NCBI RefSeq assembly: GCF_963921235.1
Contig: NC_086108.1
Span: 91,700,001-91,764,000, forward strand
Length of the DNA: 64,000 nt
From: Mobula hypostoma
Taxonomy: Eukaryota
Reading direction: 5' to 3'
Shown here: piece by piece, positions 37,200 through 49,850 of the stretch
Layout: each line of letters opens with the position of its first letter
How positions within the stretch are numbered: the first letter of the stretch is position 1
Translations under genes and position numbers: made by a program
The notes under the pieces: model-generated
What the model was told of the DNA's origin: nothing
The model's input: the letters and a program-made list of their open reading frames with translations, nothing else
Database searches by the model: none

Positions 37200-38265
37200 A
37201 GGGGGACATTGGATCTGTGGTGGGAGAGAGAGCTCGGCGGAGGTGGGCAGAAACAGTTGAGAAATTCTGCATGCCACAGTTACTGAGGAGACATAGGATT
37301 GTGCATATTTAGGCACTTAGCAAGGGCCAATAAAAATAAGTTAGGTTTAAGCAGAATGGCCATTTTGGGAGTGGGACAGAGTTAGAGTGGAAAGATAGAC
37401 TTTGGCTCATGGGAGCTTTGCCGAAGAGGGGCGAAGGCAATAGATAGAGTTTTTTCCATTTCATATTTCTTTCTTTCTCATTTGCAGAGTTAGATTAGTG
37501 GGGATGCCAGGTAGGATGGTGGAATGCTCTTCTTGTGGGATCTGGGAAAGCAGGGAAACCTCCAGTGTTCCTGGCAATCACACCAGCAAGAAGTGCATCC
37601 AACTACAGTTTCTTTCAGACCGTGTTAAGGAAGTGGAGCTGGAAATGGATGAACTCCAGATCATTTAGGAGGCTCAGGCGTTGATTGACAAGATGCATGG
37701 GATAATAGTTACACCCGAGGTGCAGGACACAGGTAACTGGGTGATCGTCAGGAGGGGAAAGGGGTTAGGCAGCTAGAGTAGAGTAACCCTGTGGCCATTC
37801 TCCTTATCAGAAGGTTTATTGCTGGTGGGTGGGGGGAGGGTGGAAATGACATAGCAGAGGTAAGCCACAGTGGTCTGGAGTCTGGCTGTGTGGCTCAGAA
37901 CAGAAGGGGCTGTGGAAAAGGGGTGACCTGTAGTGTAAGGGGATTCATTAGTACAAAGAGCAGACAGGAGGCTCTGTGGATGAGAACAAGATTTCTGGAT
38001 GGAATGTTGTCTCCTGGGTGCCAAGGTCAGGGACATCTCAGATCTAGTCAATAGCATTCTGAAGTGGGATTGTGAGCAGTCAGAGGTCTATATCAGCAAC
38101 AATTACATGGGTAGGAAGATTGATGAGGTCCTGAAATGTGAGTTCAGGTAGTTAGCTGCTAAGTTAAAGAACAGGACCTCCAAAGTTGTGATCTCAAGAT
38201 TGCTACCCACGCCACATACTAGTGAGGCCAGAGGTAGAAAGATTATGTGGTTTAACACATGGCTC
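37200..38265 (+). mobile_element. CR1 LINE 5' region/ORF1 (Cys finger-zipper plus SGNH-esterase-like domain), decayed
   Basis: From 37504 MPGRMVECSSCGIWE...KKCIQLQFLSDRVKEVELEMDEL; 3' part is homologous to ORF1 at 49851-50420. Confidence 0.8.
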
Positions 38266-38622
38266 TATGAAACCTCTGACTCTAGAAGAATTCCCTGAGC
38301 TGCTACACCATTGCACCCTGCGGACGATCAATTCCTGCAGGAAGGTGAGCAAAACTGCTTACAATACTCCAAAGTAGATCTCACCAATAATATACTACAT
38401 GATAAATAAAACAAGCAAACCTTGCTGAACTGCCTTTTGTGCAAAGCAGTAAAGTACATAATTTGCACTTTTCCATTAAGACCTGTCCATTGATAACAAA
38501 CGGCGGAGAGTTTAGAGGGCACCCTTTGAAAATGGACAAACATCACCTCAACTTTCTTGATGCAGGATTTTGACCCAAAATGCTGCAATTCCTCCCCTGT
38601 TCAACAGATGTTGTTTGGCCCA

Positions 38623-38701
38623 CAGAGGTTCCCAACTTGAGGTCCACAGACCCCTTGCTTAATGTATTGGTTCATGACATAAAAAAGGTTGGGAAACCCT
38701 G
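38623..38701. mobile_element. hAT-like MITE of about 80 bp (copy 1), inside an old pLTR remnant
   Basis: TIRs CAGAGGTTCCCAAC / GTTGGGAAACCCTG; reverse-complement copy at 50700-50779. Confidence 0.75.
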
Positions 38702-40174
38702 CTCTAGCATCTAGTCTCTTTTATTTTGTGATCATATCAACTTTGATCATTTGCATCGAAAATAGGCACAATGCTAAACACATACAATGATTTCAATGTG
38801 ACATTGTAGTATACTTTAAAGTACAGAACTAGTGACTTTAAATGTTTCATTTAAACCTTTACCACAAAAGCTGTTAGATAATTTTGGATTTTGTTATTAT
38901 ATTATTTAGTCTTTTATTATTATAGGTAAAGCCATTAAGATACAACATTAAAACTGGGTCCCAAAAATATGGTCAGTCTCTTAATTATCTGCAAGAGGAC
39001 CACTGGGGTGTGTTCAACATAATTGTTATATCTGCTTGCAATATCTTCTTAAACAATAGTATATTAGAAAGCTGTAATATGGTTCCAGGCATTCAAATGA
39101 AATTAATAAATTCAAATTCTCCATGCCAGGAAAAAAATAAATAGCATCTGGATTTACAGTGAAGTTTGTAGCGAGATGAGAGAGTTTACATTTTGTAACT
39201 CAAGATTTGGCTGCGGAATTAATCAACACCATTTCAAAAATAGATCACTGGGTCAAGTATCACATATTCTATTATGTAATAATGAATGTTCCTCAAAATA
39301 GTGTAATTAGGATGTGCTGAAACAATGAAAAGTTCAATGCAAGTTCCTTTGTTATGCAACCTTAGGAACATTAAAGCCTTAATAACTTAATGCTTAAAAA
39401 CTGCAGAGGTATTTTGTATAAGAAGTTGTCAGAATTCTACCAAATTGTTATTAAGGCTGGTTATTAGAAATAATTTTGATAGAAAGAGTATTTATCAAAG
39501 CCCCAGGATATGTTGCTGTGCCTGCAGAAGTAAACCTGAAAGCTTGTGACCTTAGATTTCCTGATGGCAGAAACAAAGCAGCAACTCTAGTAATCTCACC
39601 AATAAAACTATTAACACATTTGGAAGATGTTTATTCCTTTTCCTTAGTAGAGCAGAGTCAATATATTGCTCAACAACGCTGTGTTTCCACATGCCGCATT
39701 GAGATCCAACTCTGATCCTAATAGTGTGGTGCTTGCAATAAGAATTTCTACTTTACATTGGTTGGACTGAGAAATGTGTTTTTTTTTTGCTAGCTTGTCA
39801 GGAAAGCAGGTGGATCGAGAGAAGGGAGAGCAGAAGAGCACCTTTGGGTGAAGTGAGATATTGCCAAAAAGAAAGAGATTAACCATTGACCCTTTAACTT
39901 AAAAGATATCAAACTTGTCGATCATCTGAATTTAACAACTGATAGGATAAAATGTACATGGGTTAGAATTTGTTGCCTGCTGTATGTATTATATGTACTG
40001 TATTAAATTGTTGATGTTCTGCTATATGTACACTGGCCTTTGATTTTGAAGCTGGGTTCCATGAAAATAAAGAAGACAACATTTTAAAAGCGGAAGACTA
40101 TGAAGTCATTATTGCCTCATACATTTAACACGTGTAAAAGATGAAGAGTTTCCAATTCTATGAATTTCTATACC

Positions 40175-40625
40175 TGTGGTATTGGTATTGGCATCTTATA
40201 GTCACAACCACCAGGATACAGTGACAAGCTTGTCTTGCATACTGTTTATACAGATTAAATCATTACATCATTACACAGTGCATTGAATTGGAATAAAGTA
40301 AAACAATAACAAATAAAGTATAAAAGTTACCAAAAAAATGCAGTGCAGGTAATGATAAAGATCAAGATCACAACGAGGTAGATCATGAAACTGAAAGTCC
40401 ATTTTATTTTGCAAGAAGTTTGTTCAAAAGTCTGAAAGCAGTAGGGCAGAAGCTGCCATTGAGCTTGTAGGTAGTGCTTGCAATTTTTTGTATCTTCTGT
40501 TATGGAAGAGGGAAGTAGAATGCCCAGGGTGGGTGGGGTCTTTGGTTATGCTGGCTGCTTTACTGAGGCAACAAGAACTACAAGCAGAGTCTATAGAGGG
40601 GAGGTTGGTTCTCATGATCTGGGCT
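40175..40625 (-). mobile_element. Rex1/Babar-type LINE 3' end
   Basis: ORF 40424-40615 (LPSIDS...KAASITKDPTHPGHS...RRY) and a short-repeat tail. Confidence 0.7.
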
Positions 40626-40697
40626 GGGTGGAGTTTTGGCTGGCAATGTTATAGTCTGGGGAGCAGGTCCATATGAATGATGTTTCGCAGAAGAGCA

Positions 40698-41325
40698 TGA
40701 AACATAGGAGCAGAATTTGGCTATTGGAGACTGCTCCGCCATTCCATCACAGCTGATTTATTATCCCTCTCAACCCCTTTTTCCAGCCTTTCCCCCATAA
40801 CCCCTTACTAATCAAGAACCTATCAACCTCCGTTTTAAATATACCCGTGACTTAGTCTCTACAGCTATCTGTGACAATGAATTCCACAGATCCACCACTC
40901 TCTGATTGAATAAATTCCTCCTCATCTCTGTTCTAAAGGAACGTCCTTCTATTCTGAGGCAATGCACCCTGGTCCTAGACCCCCCCACTTTAGGAAATAT
41001 CCTCTCCACGTCCACTCTATCTAGTCCTTTCAGTATTCCATAGCTTCAATGAGATCCTCCTTGATCCTTCTAAGCTCCAGTGAGTACAATTCCAGAGCCA
41101 TTGAACGATACTCTTATCTTAACCCTTTCAATCCTGGGATCATTCTTGTGGACCCTCTCTGGACGCTCTCCAATGATAGCCTTGGATAAGAGGCCCAAAA
41201 CTGCTTACAATACTCCAAGTGTGGACTGATCAATGCCTTATAAATGCCTCAGCATTTCATCCTTGCTTTTGTATTCTAGTCCTCCTGAAATGAATGCTAA
41301 CATTGCATTTCCCTTCCTTACCACC
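40698..41325 (-). mobile_element. CR1 LINE 3' end
   Basis: ORF 40812-41015; homologous to 2451-3110. Confidence 0.9.
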
Positions 41326-42296
41326 CGTATGAAGGTTGACTACTGATATTTTGTGTTTCAATTGAAGCGCAGTTCCCGATATCGTTCAGAAAGTCTGGAA
41401 TAAGCTTTGTTACTGCCATAGTTGTGGCTTTGCAGAAGATAGGCAGCCCAGTGGCTGTGAAGAAATACTCCAGCTGAGACCATTCCATGTTCAATCACTG
41501 AACTGTATTATATGTACAATTCTGAAACAGGAAAAGAAAACACAATATGCTCCCCATGGTCAGGTTATATTTGTGGCTCAGTGAAGTTGCTCATGGTAGC
41601 AAGCTTTTGGGAAGATATCCACTTTTTTTTCAGTTTCTTTTCTCCCCCAGCTACCTTTGTTACCTCTGATACCCAGAGCCATCCAGATGTAATCAGCTGT
41701 AACTGAAGGGAGCCTGGCAGTCTTGTAGAGAGAAGATGAATGTCTTGCACCACAGTCTCAGAATTATTAAATTGGCCTTCTGAGCTCTGAAAGTAACGCA
41801 TCATTTGTCCAACTACTGTTCTGCACCGTTTGTATCCACTTGGCAATAGGGGGTTCTTGTCCATTGCTGTGAGCCATGTGAATTTGATTCTTCCTTGCGG
41901 TAGCCAATTGTTTACTGCTTTCCAGGCAGAGGGGAAAATCTCATTGACTTATGACTGGAGAAGCAGCTAATTAATCAGATCAAGGTTTTGACTTCCTGTT
42001 CACATATGCTGCCAGATCAGTAGCAACACTATTAAGATTTTGAGCAGACGTCTAACCAAACTTTGCTGTTTTGCACATTGCCACTTAGCAGGCCATCTAA
42101 TTGCAGGAGCTTCCTGGTTCACAAGCAGTATATGGCTGAGCACGATTCTTACATCATGGGCTTGTATAGTCACAGCCAGTCTGGGAAAGACAGGAGGCTA
42201 ATTAACACAGTGTCCTGAGAGATCTACAAGCCAGGGGTTACCGCCTGGGAGCAATAGGAATTGCAGGATGCATTGATTATACTGTATATATGATAT

Positions 42297-42590
42297 TAGG
42301 GTGGCACATTATTACAGCACCAACTGTAAGATTAGACTTCTATTTCTGCTGCTGTTTGTAAGGAGTTTGTATGTTCTCCCCGTGACCATTTGGATTTCCT
42401 CTGGGTTCTTTGGTTTCCTCCCACATTCTAAAAAAGATGCTTAGGGTTGTGGCCAGGCTATGTTAGCACTGAAACATGACAACACTTGCCTCTACTCCGA
42501 ACAATCCTCGATGATTTGATTTGACATAAATGGCGCCTTTCAGTATATGCATTGATGTACATGTGACAAATGCAGCTAATCTCATCTTAC
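42297..42590 (+). mobile_element. V-SINE with a non-CR1 3' tail
   Basis: V-domain TGTAAGGAGTTTGTATGTTCTCCCCGTGACC...GGTTTCCTCCCACATTC; ends GTACATGTGACAAATGCAGCTAATCT. Confidence 0.75.
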
Positions 42591-42829
42591 AACAATGAAT
42601 CGGAACTAGACCTTTGCAACAAATTAAATACATCATCATGAGTGCAGAGTTGTCCATTCTCATATCCTCATGATTTATATCAAGGTTTCTGTCGCCTTGG
42701 AGATGGTTCTGTTTTGGAACATTATGAGTCTCAAAGGTAGTAACAGCAGAGATTCATCAGATATCAAAGTCTGAATATGTGTCTGAACTGGAGCTCTTGC
42801 TGTTAACCAAATATAAATATACTTTGCTT

Positions 42830-43220
42830 AAAATATACTCAATGAGCTGGCCTCCACAGTCATTGGTGGTAATAAATTCCACAGATTCACCACTCTCTGG
42901 CTAAAAAATCTCTTCTCATCTTTTTTCTTTATTCTGGCATCTTTCCCTGACCTTCTCAGTCCTGAAAAAGGGTCTCAGCCCAAAATGTCAGCTGTTTATT
43001 CATTTCCTTAGATGCTTCCTGACCTGTTGAGTTCCTCTGGCATTTTGAGTGTGTTCCTTCTTATCTCTGTTCTAAATGGACGTTCCACTATTCTGAGACT
43101 GTGCCCTTTGGCCCACATCCACTCGATCTAGGCCTTTCAATATTTGATAGATTTTAATGAGATTCCCACCCCCACATTCTTCTAAACTCCAGTGAATACA
43201 GGCCCAGAGTTTTTCATACG
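42830..43220 (-). mobile_element. CR1 3' fragment with inserted Penelope pLTR piece (about 42930-43056, +)
   Basis: CR1 homology to 40840-41100. Insert AGTCCTGAAAAAGGGTCTCAGCCCAAAATGTC...GCATTTTGAGTGTGTT. Confidence 0.75.
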
Positions 43221-45223
43221 TGATAACCTGAAAATCTCAGTAGCAGAAACAAGTGACTCAGATAGATCGCCTAAAAGAAATCAAATGCTCCACAGTCTTT
43301 AATTGTAGACCCGTATAGCTGTTGGATCTCTTATACAATTAAAGAATCTACAAGAAATGGCAACACAAAATTCCCTGATGCAGCCAGTACAATTTTTGAT
43401 GTTTCTTTTTATAGGTTATATTGGGTGAATGATGTAAACTGGACACTGCAGAGGTATCAGTTTCTGAGTTAACTCCAGTTGAGTTAGTTTCATGTTGTTG
43501 ATTGGCACAGCGAGCATATTAAGAATTACTTTCATACATAGAAATGATAAGATATCCAGTGATCCAGATTGCTCACTGAGCAGAGAACATGTATTTTCAA
43601 AACTCGAGGTTATGCAACATTTTTTGCAAACCTTTACACAGCTGCAATTTAAAGTAGATTAGAATTTCAAAATGCATTTTAATGCACCCTACAAGTGTTG
43701 ATGAGCTATATATAACACAGTTCTCAACATCAGCACCGCAAGGAAACTTTATGAACAACAGCACACATCCTTCAAAAATTATTTTTTGCCTCAAGAACTT
43801 TATTAACATATGATTATTGAATTATGGAGTCAAGTAAAAATTTGTGGCTCTATTTCATTAAGTGATGGATTGGTAGAATTTTAATGGTTTGCCTTGGTAA
43901 ATAAAACAATTTTTAAAAATATAGATATAGGTCATACAATAAATTAAAATATTGGAGCAGCATAGAATGTTTTCAAAAATTAAGCTCTGTTCTGGAGTTG
44001 CAATGAGTGATGAGGTGATGGTATGCAGAGCTGAGTGCCAGCATTTACCCTAAAGGATATTTAGCACCCGGCAATAGTGATGTCACCAATCAGGCTGAGT
44101 AGCCAATCACTTTGAAGAACTCTCACAGAAAGCATGTCAGAAAGTGACATTTTTAAAACAAACCTTCAAAACATATTACAGAGAGCAAAATAAAAATTGG
44201 AAGATGCATGTGAGGTTAAGGTAGCATGAACAAACATTTGAAGATCTTCAGTTATTTTAAAGACGTGTTGTAATTTTCAGATAACAATCTGAGGTGAATT
44301 CGACTCCATGCGTTAAATTAGATGTTCAGGGATGGAAAGGGGGTTTCGCAATAATTGTGGCTGAGTACATCACTAATACTCAGCTACACCTCATTTAGCA
44401 AGGTGTAGCATTTTTAAGCATATTTACAGCAAAAATAGTCTGTAAAATACTAAATTGTTATCAATTCAGTGATTTCAAAAAGACTTCCATCTGTAAGAGC
44501 TCCAGTAACATACCCCCTGGAGAAGAAGTGCTACTGACAGCAGCTTTTGGAATTGTGCTTTTCAGTATCACAGGCTCCAGATGTTATTGTGAGATTCACA
44601 GTGTAATTACAGCAAACGTTAACAGTTTTGTCATCATTACAGCCACAAAATCTGGGCCAAGGATGCTGTATTCAAAGATCTGTGCGCAAGTCCCAATAAG
44701 ATAAGAATACTCTACCGAATAAATATGGCTTAACAATATCTGCTTTTATAGCATGATCTAAATTCTGGATTGCCTTCATCTTGCCTGACAATTGATAGTA
44801 TAATTGAAAAGATGACAAGCCCAAAAGTTCAATATAAAGAAACGAAGTGTTAGTGCATTTTAAAGGGTTAATCTTTGTGTTTGTCGAATGCCTCACTACC
44901 ATTGTTGCCTTGAGCATAACAGCACTTAGATTACTACTATGGGAATACCGTACAATCAGGAGAATGTAATACTATGTGCAAACGATTGTGGGAAAATGGT
45001 GAGTGAAGACAGGAATGGGATTCGTGAAGATGGGTTCTGATTCGGTGGTATGAGATGGTGCTATGTATTGGTACACTTAATACAGCATTTCTTATCAGTG
45101 GAAAAGGTACAAAAGTACAGTGGTTGGGGTGCTTGTGGGGGCTTACAAGGCCTCACCAATCAACCTCCACCCGGACTATAGCCCTCCACATATGTACTTA
45201 CCCAAATTTCTCTTAAGTATTGA

Positions 45224-45448
45224 TTCCTAGGACACATCATATGGAAAGATGAACTAGAAAAACTCATACTCTCTGGAAAGATTGAGAGGAGTAAACCTAG
45301 AGGAAGACCTCGGCTTATGTACATCAAAAGCATAGCCAGGTGGCTCCACATCGAAGATATGGAAGTCATCCAAAAAACGAAGGATAGATCTATATGGAAA
45401 ACCATGGTCACCAACGTCCGCATCGGATATCGTACCTAGACAGACAGA
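45224..45448 (+). mobile_element. RTE-clade LINE 3' end
   Basis: Open frame FLGHIIWKDELEKLILSGKIERSKPRGRPRLMYIKSI...DRSIWKTMV...* followed by an (AGAC)n tail. Confidence 0.85.
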
Positions 45449-45783
45449 TATTGAAATCAAACCCACATTCACCACTTGCACTGGCAGCACGTTCCATAGT
45501 CTGACCACCCTCTCACTGAAGAGCCCTCATGTTCCCCTTAAACATTTCACCTTTCACTTTTCATCCATGACCTCTAGTTGTAGTCTCACCAACCTCAGTG
45601 GAAAAAGCCTGCTTACATTTATCCTATCTATACCCCTCATAATTTTGTATCCCTCTATTAAATCTCTTCTCAACCTTCTGCATTCTAAGGAATAAAGTCC
45701 TAACTTATTCAATCATTCTTTGTAACTTAGGTCTTCAAGTTCTGATATCATCCTTATAAATTTTCTCTGCTTTCCTCTAATCT

Positions 45784-46477
45784 AAAATTTCGGGAGAAGA
45801 TGGCGACAGGATGATAGCGCGCACGGTCTCTCCGGTGATGAATATCTGTTATCTGTCAAGTAGGAGACCGTGCACAATCCTGATTTGATGGAGACAGACA
45901 TGAGCGCATAGTGGAACATCTGGAAAACTTCTGAAATGTCTGCTTTGCTACCACTGCTACTGTGTGGCAACCGGAAGCTCTGGAGCTGAAGGCCTCGAAA
46001 TCCTCGGCTTTGCGTGTTTCAGCGGCCGGGGAGAGGTTGAAGGCGCTTGGCAGAGTATGACGCTCGGGAGGCTGTATCGGAGAGACTGCTTGGAAACTCG
46101 GAATTTTTGGACGGATGGACTCAGTGTCGGCTGTGGTTGGCTGCTTCCAAGGTATCGGCAAGTTGACGGTGCCTGGAGGTTTATGGCAGGGAGTTTCTCC
46201 CTTTTGCTGCCGCTTTTGGGGACTCGGGAGTTGATCGACTCGGGGACTTTGAGACTATTTTTTTTATTGTGCCTATGGACTGTTCTTCATCAAATTATGG
46301 TATTGCTTTGCACTGCTGTAACTATATGGTCTAATTATGTGGTTTTGTCAGTGTTAGTCTTTGGTCTGTCTTGTTTTCTGTGATATCAGACCGGAGAAAT
46401 ATTGTATCATTTCTTAATGCATGTATGCATTTCTAAATGACAATAAAAGAGGACTGAGTGTTCTCATAATCTAATCT
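45784..46477 (+). mobile_element. Non-autonomous CpG-rich retroposon, copy 2
   Basis: 5' GGGAGAAGATGGCG; 3' AATAAAAGAGGACTGAGTGTTCTCATAATCTAATCT. TAATCT occurs on both sides (45778-45783, 46472-46477). Confidence 0.85.
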
Positions 46478-47236
46478 TATTTACATTTTACCTGTGTCAG
46501 TGAGCATATCTGGACACAACACCCCAAATTAGGCCTCACCAATGTCTTATACAATTTCAACATAACATCCCATCTCCTGTGCTTTGTACTTTGGTTTGTA
46601 AAGGCCAGTGGACCAAAAACTTTGTTTACGACCTTACCTACCCATGAAAACACCTTCAATTAATTATGGACATCTATTCACAGACACCTGTGTTCTGCAA
46701 CACTCGTCAGTGTCGACTCTCACTGTGTATGGCCGACCCTGGCTGGTCCTCCCAAAATGCAGCACTTCACACAAATTCCACCTGATCTTCTTCAGTCCAG
46801 CTGGTCCAGATCCTGCTGCAAGCTATGGTAGGCTTCCTCACTATCCATTACACTCTCAGTCTTGGTGTCATCCACAGATTTGTTGATCCAGTTTACTTTA
46901 TCGTTCAGATCATCGATATATTGTAGACAACAAACAACAACAGACACGCACTAATCCCTGCAGCACACCATAAGTCACAGGCCTCCTGTCTGAGAGGCAA
47001 CCATCTATAGCCACTCCCTGGCTTCTTCTGCAAAGCCAATATCTACTACCTCATCGTGAATGTCAAGTGACTGAACCCTCTTGACTATGCAGGACCTTGT
47101 CAAAGGTCTTGTTAAAGTCCATGTAGACAACATCCACTGCATTGCCTTCATCAACTTTCCTGGTAACTTCCTCGAAAAATTCTATAAGATTGGTTAGACA
47201 TGACTTACCATGATAAAAGCCATGTTGACTATCCCT

Positions 47237-47371
47237 AACAAGAGAAAATCTGCAGATGCTAGAAATCTGAGCAACGTACACACACAAAAGATTTCAGCCC
47301 GAAACGTCAGCTGTTACTTTTTTCCACAGAAGCTGCTTGGCCTGCTGAGTTCCTCCAGCATTTTGTGTGCA
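47237..47371. mobile_element. 135-bp inverted-pLTR Penelope mini-insertion with perfect 12-bp TSD
   Basis: TTGACTATCCCT at 47225-47236 and 47372-47383. Removing the insert restores the CR1 sequence. Confidence 0.9.
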
Positions 47372-49223
47372 TTGACTATCCCTTATCAGTCTCTGTCTAT
47401 CCAAATATTTATATATCCAGTCCCTTGGAATATCTTCCAATATCTTTTCCACTACTGATAATTATCGGATCACTGGCCTATAATTTCCTGGTTTATTCTT
47501 AACTTTTCTTAAACAACATTATCTATCCTCCAATACTCTGGCAGCTTATCCATGGGCAAGGATGTTTTAAATATATCTGATAGGGCCCCTGCATTATTTG
47601 CACTACCCTCCCATAGAATCCGAGGAAACACCTTGTCAGGCCCTAGGGACTTACGCACCTTAATTTGCCACAAGACAGCAGGTAGCTCCTCCTCTAATCT
47701 GTACAAGGCCCATGACCTTGCTGTTACATTCTCTCACATCAATAGACTCGATGTCCATCTCCTGAGTAAATGCATTTAAGACATACCCCACCTCTTTCGG
47801 CTCCATGCATAAATTATCACTGATCCTCCAGAGGACCAATTTTGTCCCTTGCTATCCTTTTGCTATTAATATATCTGTAGAATCCCTTAGGATTCTCCTT
47901 CACATTGACTGCTAGAGTAATCTTATGTCTTCTTTTAGCTCTCCTGATTTCCTACTCAAATGTTCTCCTGCATTTCTTATATTCCTCAAGTACCTCATTT
48001 GTTCCTTCCTGCCCACTATGCACTTACATTTTCTTAACCAGGGCCTCAATATCCCTAAAAAAAAAACAAGATTCTATAACCCTGTTATCCACACCTTTTA
48101 TTCTGACAAGAACATACAAACTCTGTACTCTCAAATTTTCACTTTTGAAGGTCACCCACTTACCAAGTACACCTTTGCTAGAAAACAGCCAGTCCCAACC
48201 CTCACTTTCCAGATACTTTCTGATACCATAAAATTAGGCCTTCCTCCAATTTTGAGGCTCAACCTGAGGACCAGATCTTGAAACTAATGGCATTATGATC
48301 ACTAGATGCAAAGTGTTCCCCTACCCAATCTTCTGTCACGTGCCCTGACTCATTCCCTAATAGCAGATCAAGTATCACAGACTCTCTATATACAAATTAA
48401 GGAAACTTTCCTGAACACACTTGACAAATTCTTGCCCATCCAGCCAATTTACAGTATGGGAGTTGCAGTCAATATGTGGAAAGTTTTAATTACCTACTAT
48501 CACAACCTTGTGTTTCTTGCAACAGAGTGTGATCTCTCTACAAATTTGTTCCTCTAAATCCTGCGGAGTGTTGGGTGGTCTATATAATAATATAATCCCA
48601 TTAACGTAGTTATATCTTTCTAATTCCTCAGTTCTACCCATAAAACCTCACTAGACAGGTTCTCCGGTCTGTCCTGACTGTGTACTACCATGACATTTTC
48701 CCTGACTAGTAATGCTGCTCTTTAATCCCTCACACTCTATCATGTCTAAAACAATGGAATCCCAGAATATTGAGCTGCCTGTCCTGCAACCAAGTCTCAC
48801 TAATAGCTACAATGCTATAATTCTACATGCTGATCCATTCAATAACTCATCCTCCTTTCCTACAATACTTCTTATACTGAACTATATACAGCTCAGACCA
48901 TTAATCCCACCACACTCGACCTTTTGATTCCTGGCATCTTTCTCCACAACCACTCCTCCATCTGTTCTGCCACTCTGGTTCCCAAACCCTAGCAACTGTA
49001 GTTTAACCCCCTGCTCACCACAGCGCAGCACCAGCAAACCTTCCTGCTCAGATGTTAGCCCCCTCTCCAGTTCAGGTGGAAAACATCCCTGCTGTACAGG
49101 CCCCATCTTCCCTGGAACAGAGTCCAATGATCTAAAAATCATAGCCCTCCCTCCTGCACCAGCTCCTTAGCCATCTGTTAAACTGTATGATCATCCTATT
49201 TCTGGCCACTCTAGCACATGGTA

Positions 49224-49850
49224 TTAGATTATGAGGACACGCAGTCCTCTTTTATTGTCATTTAGTAGAGCATGCATTAAGGAATGATACAATATTCCTC
49301 CCATGTGATATCACAGAAACACAGGACAGACCAAGACTGAAAAACTAACAAAAACCACATAATTATAACATATAGTTACAACAGTGCAACAATATCATAA
49401 CTTGATGAAGAACAGGCCATGGCACAGTAAAAAAGTTCAAAATCGCTGGAAAGTCCCACATCTCACGCAGACAGGAGAAGGAAGAAAACTCTCCCTGCCG
49501 TGCCCGACCACAGTCCGACTCTGAGTCGTCCGAAAACCTCGAGCTCTGATCAGCTCTCTGACACCGAGTACCGAGCACAATCTCTGCCAAATGGTTCGAC
49601 CTCAGCCTCGGTCACCAGCAGCAGGCAAAGCCGGGGATTTTGGGGCCTTCCCTCTGGAGATTCTCGATCGCACAGTAGCAGCGGTAGCGAACTGGACATT
49701 TCAGAAATTTCTCCAGATGTTCCTCTGCTTCTCATGTCTGTCTCCATCAAATCAGAATTGTGCACGGCATCCTACTTACAAATATGATATCATTTCACCA
49801 GAGAGCTGCGCGCGCTGCGTCACGCCGCCATCTTCTCCTCCCGCCTTTGT
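49224..49850 (-). mobile_element. Non-autonomous CpG-rich retroposon, copy 3
   Basis: CGCCATCTT at 49826-49834; 3' hairpin GAGGAC-TGCGT-GTCCTC and ATAATCTAA tail. ATGGTA on both flanks (49218-49223, 49851-49856). Confidence 0.85.

Noticed and set aside
41330..41545. Strong minus-strand acceptor TTGTGTTTTCTTTTCCTGTTTCAG
   Set aside because: Stops occur within 10 codons in all frames, and the downstream short ATG ORF is unrecognisable.
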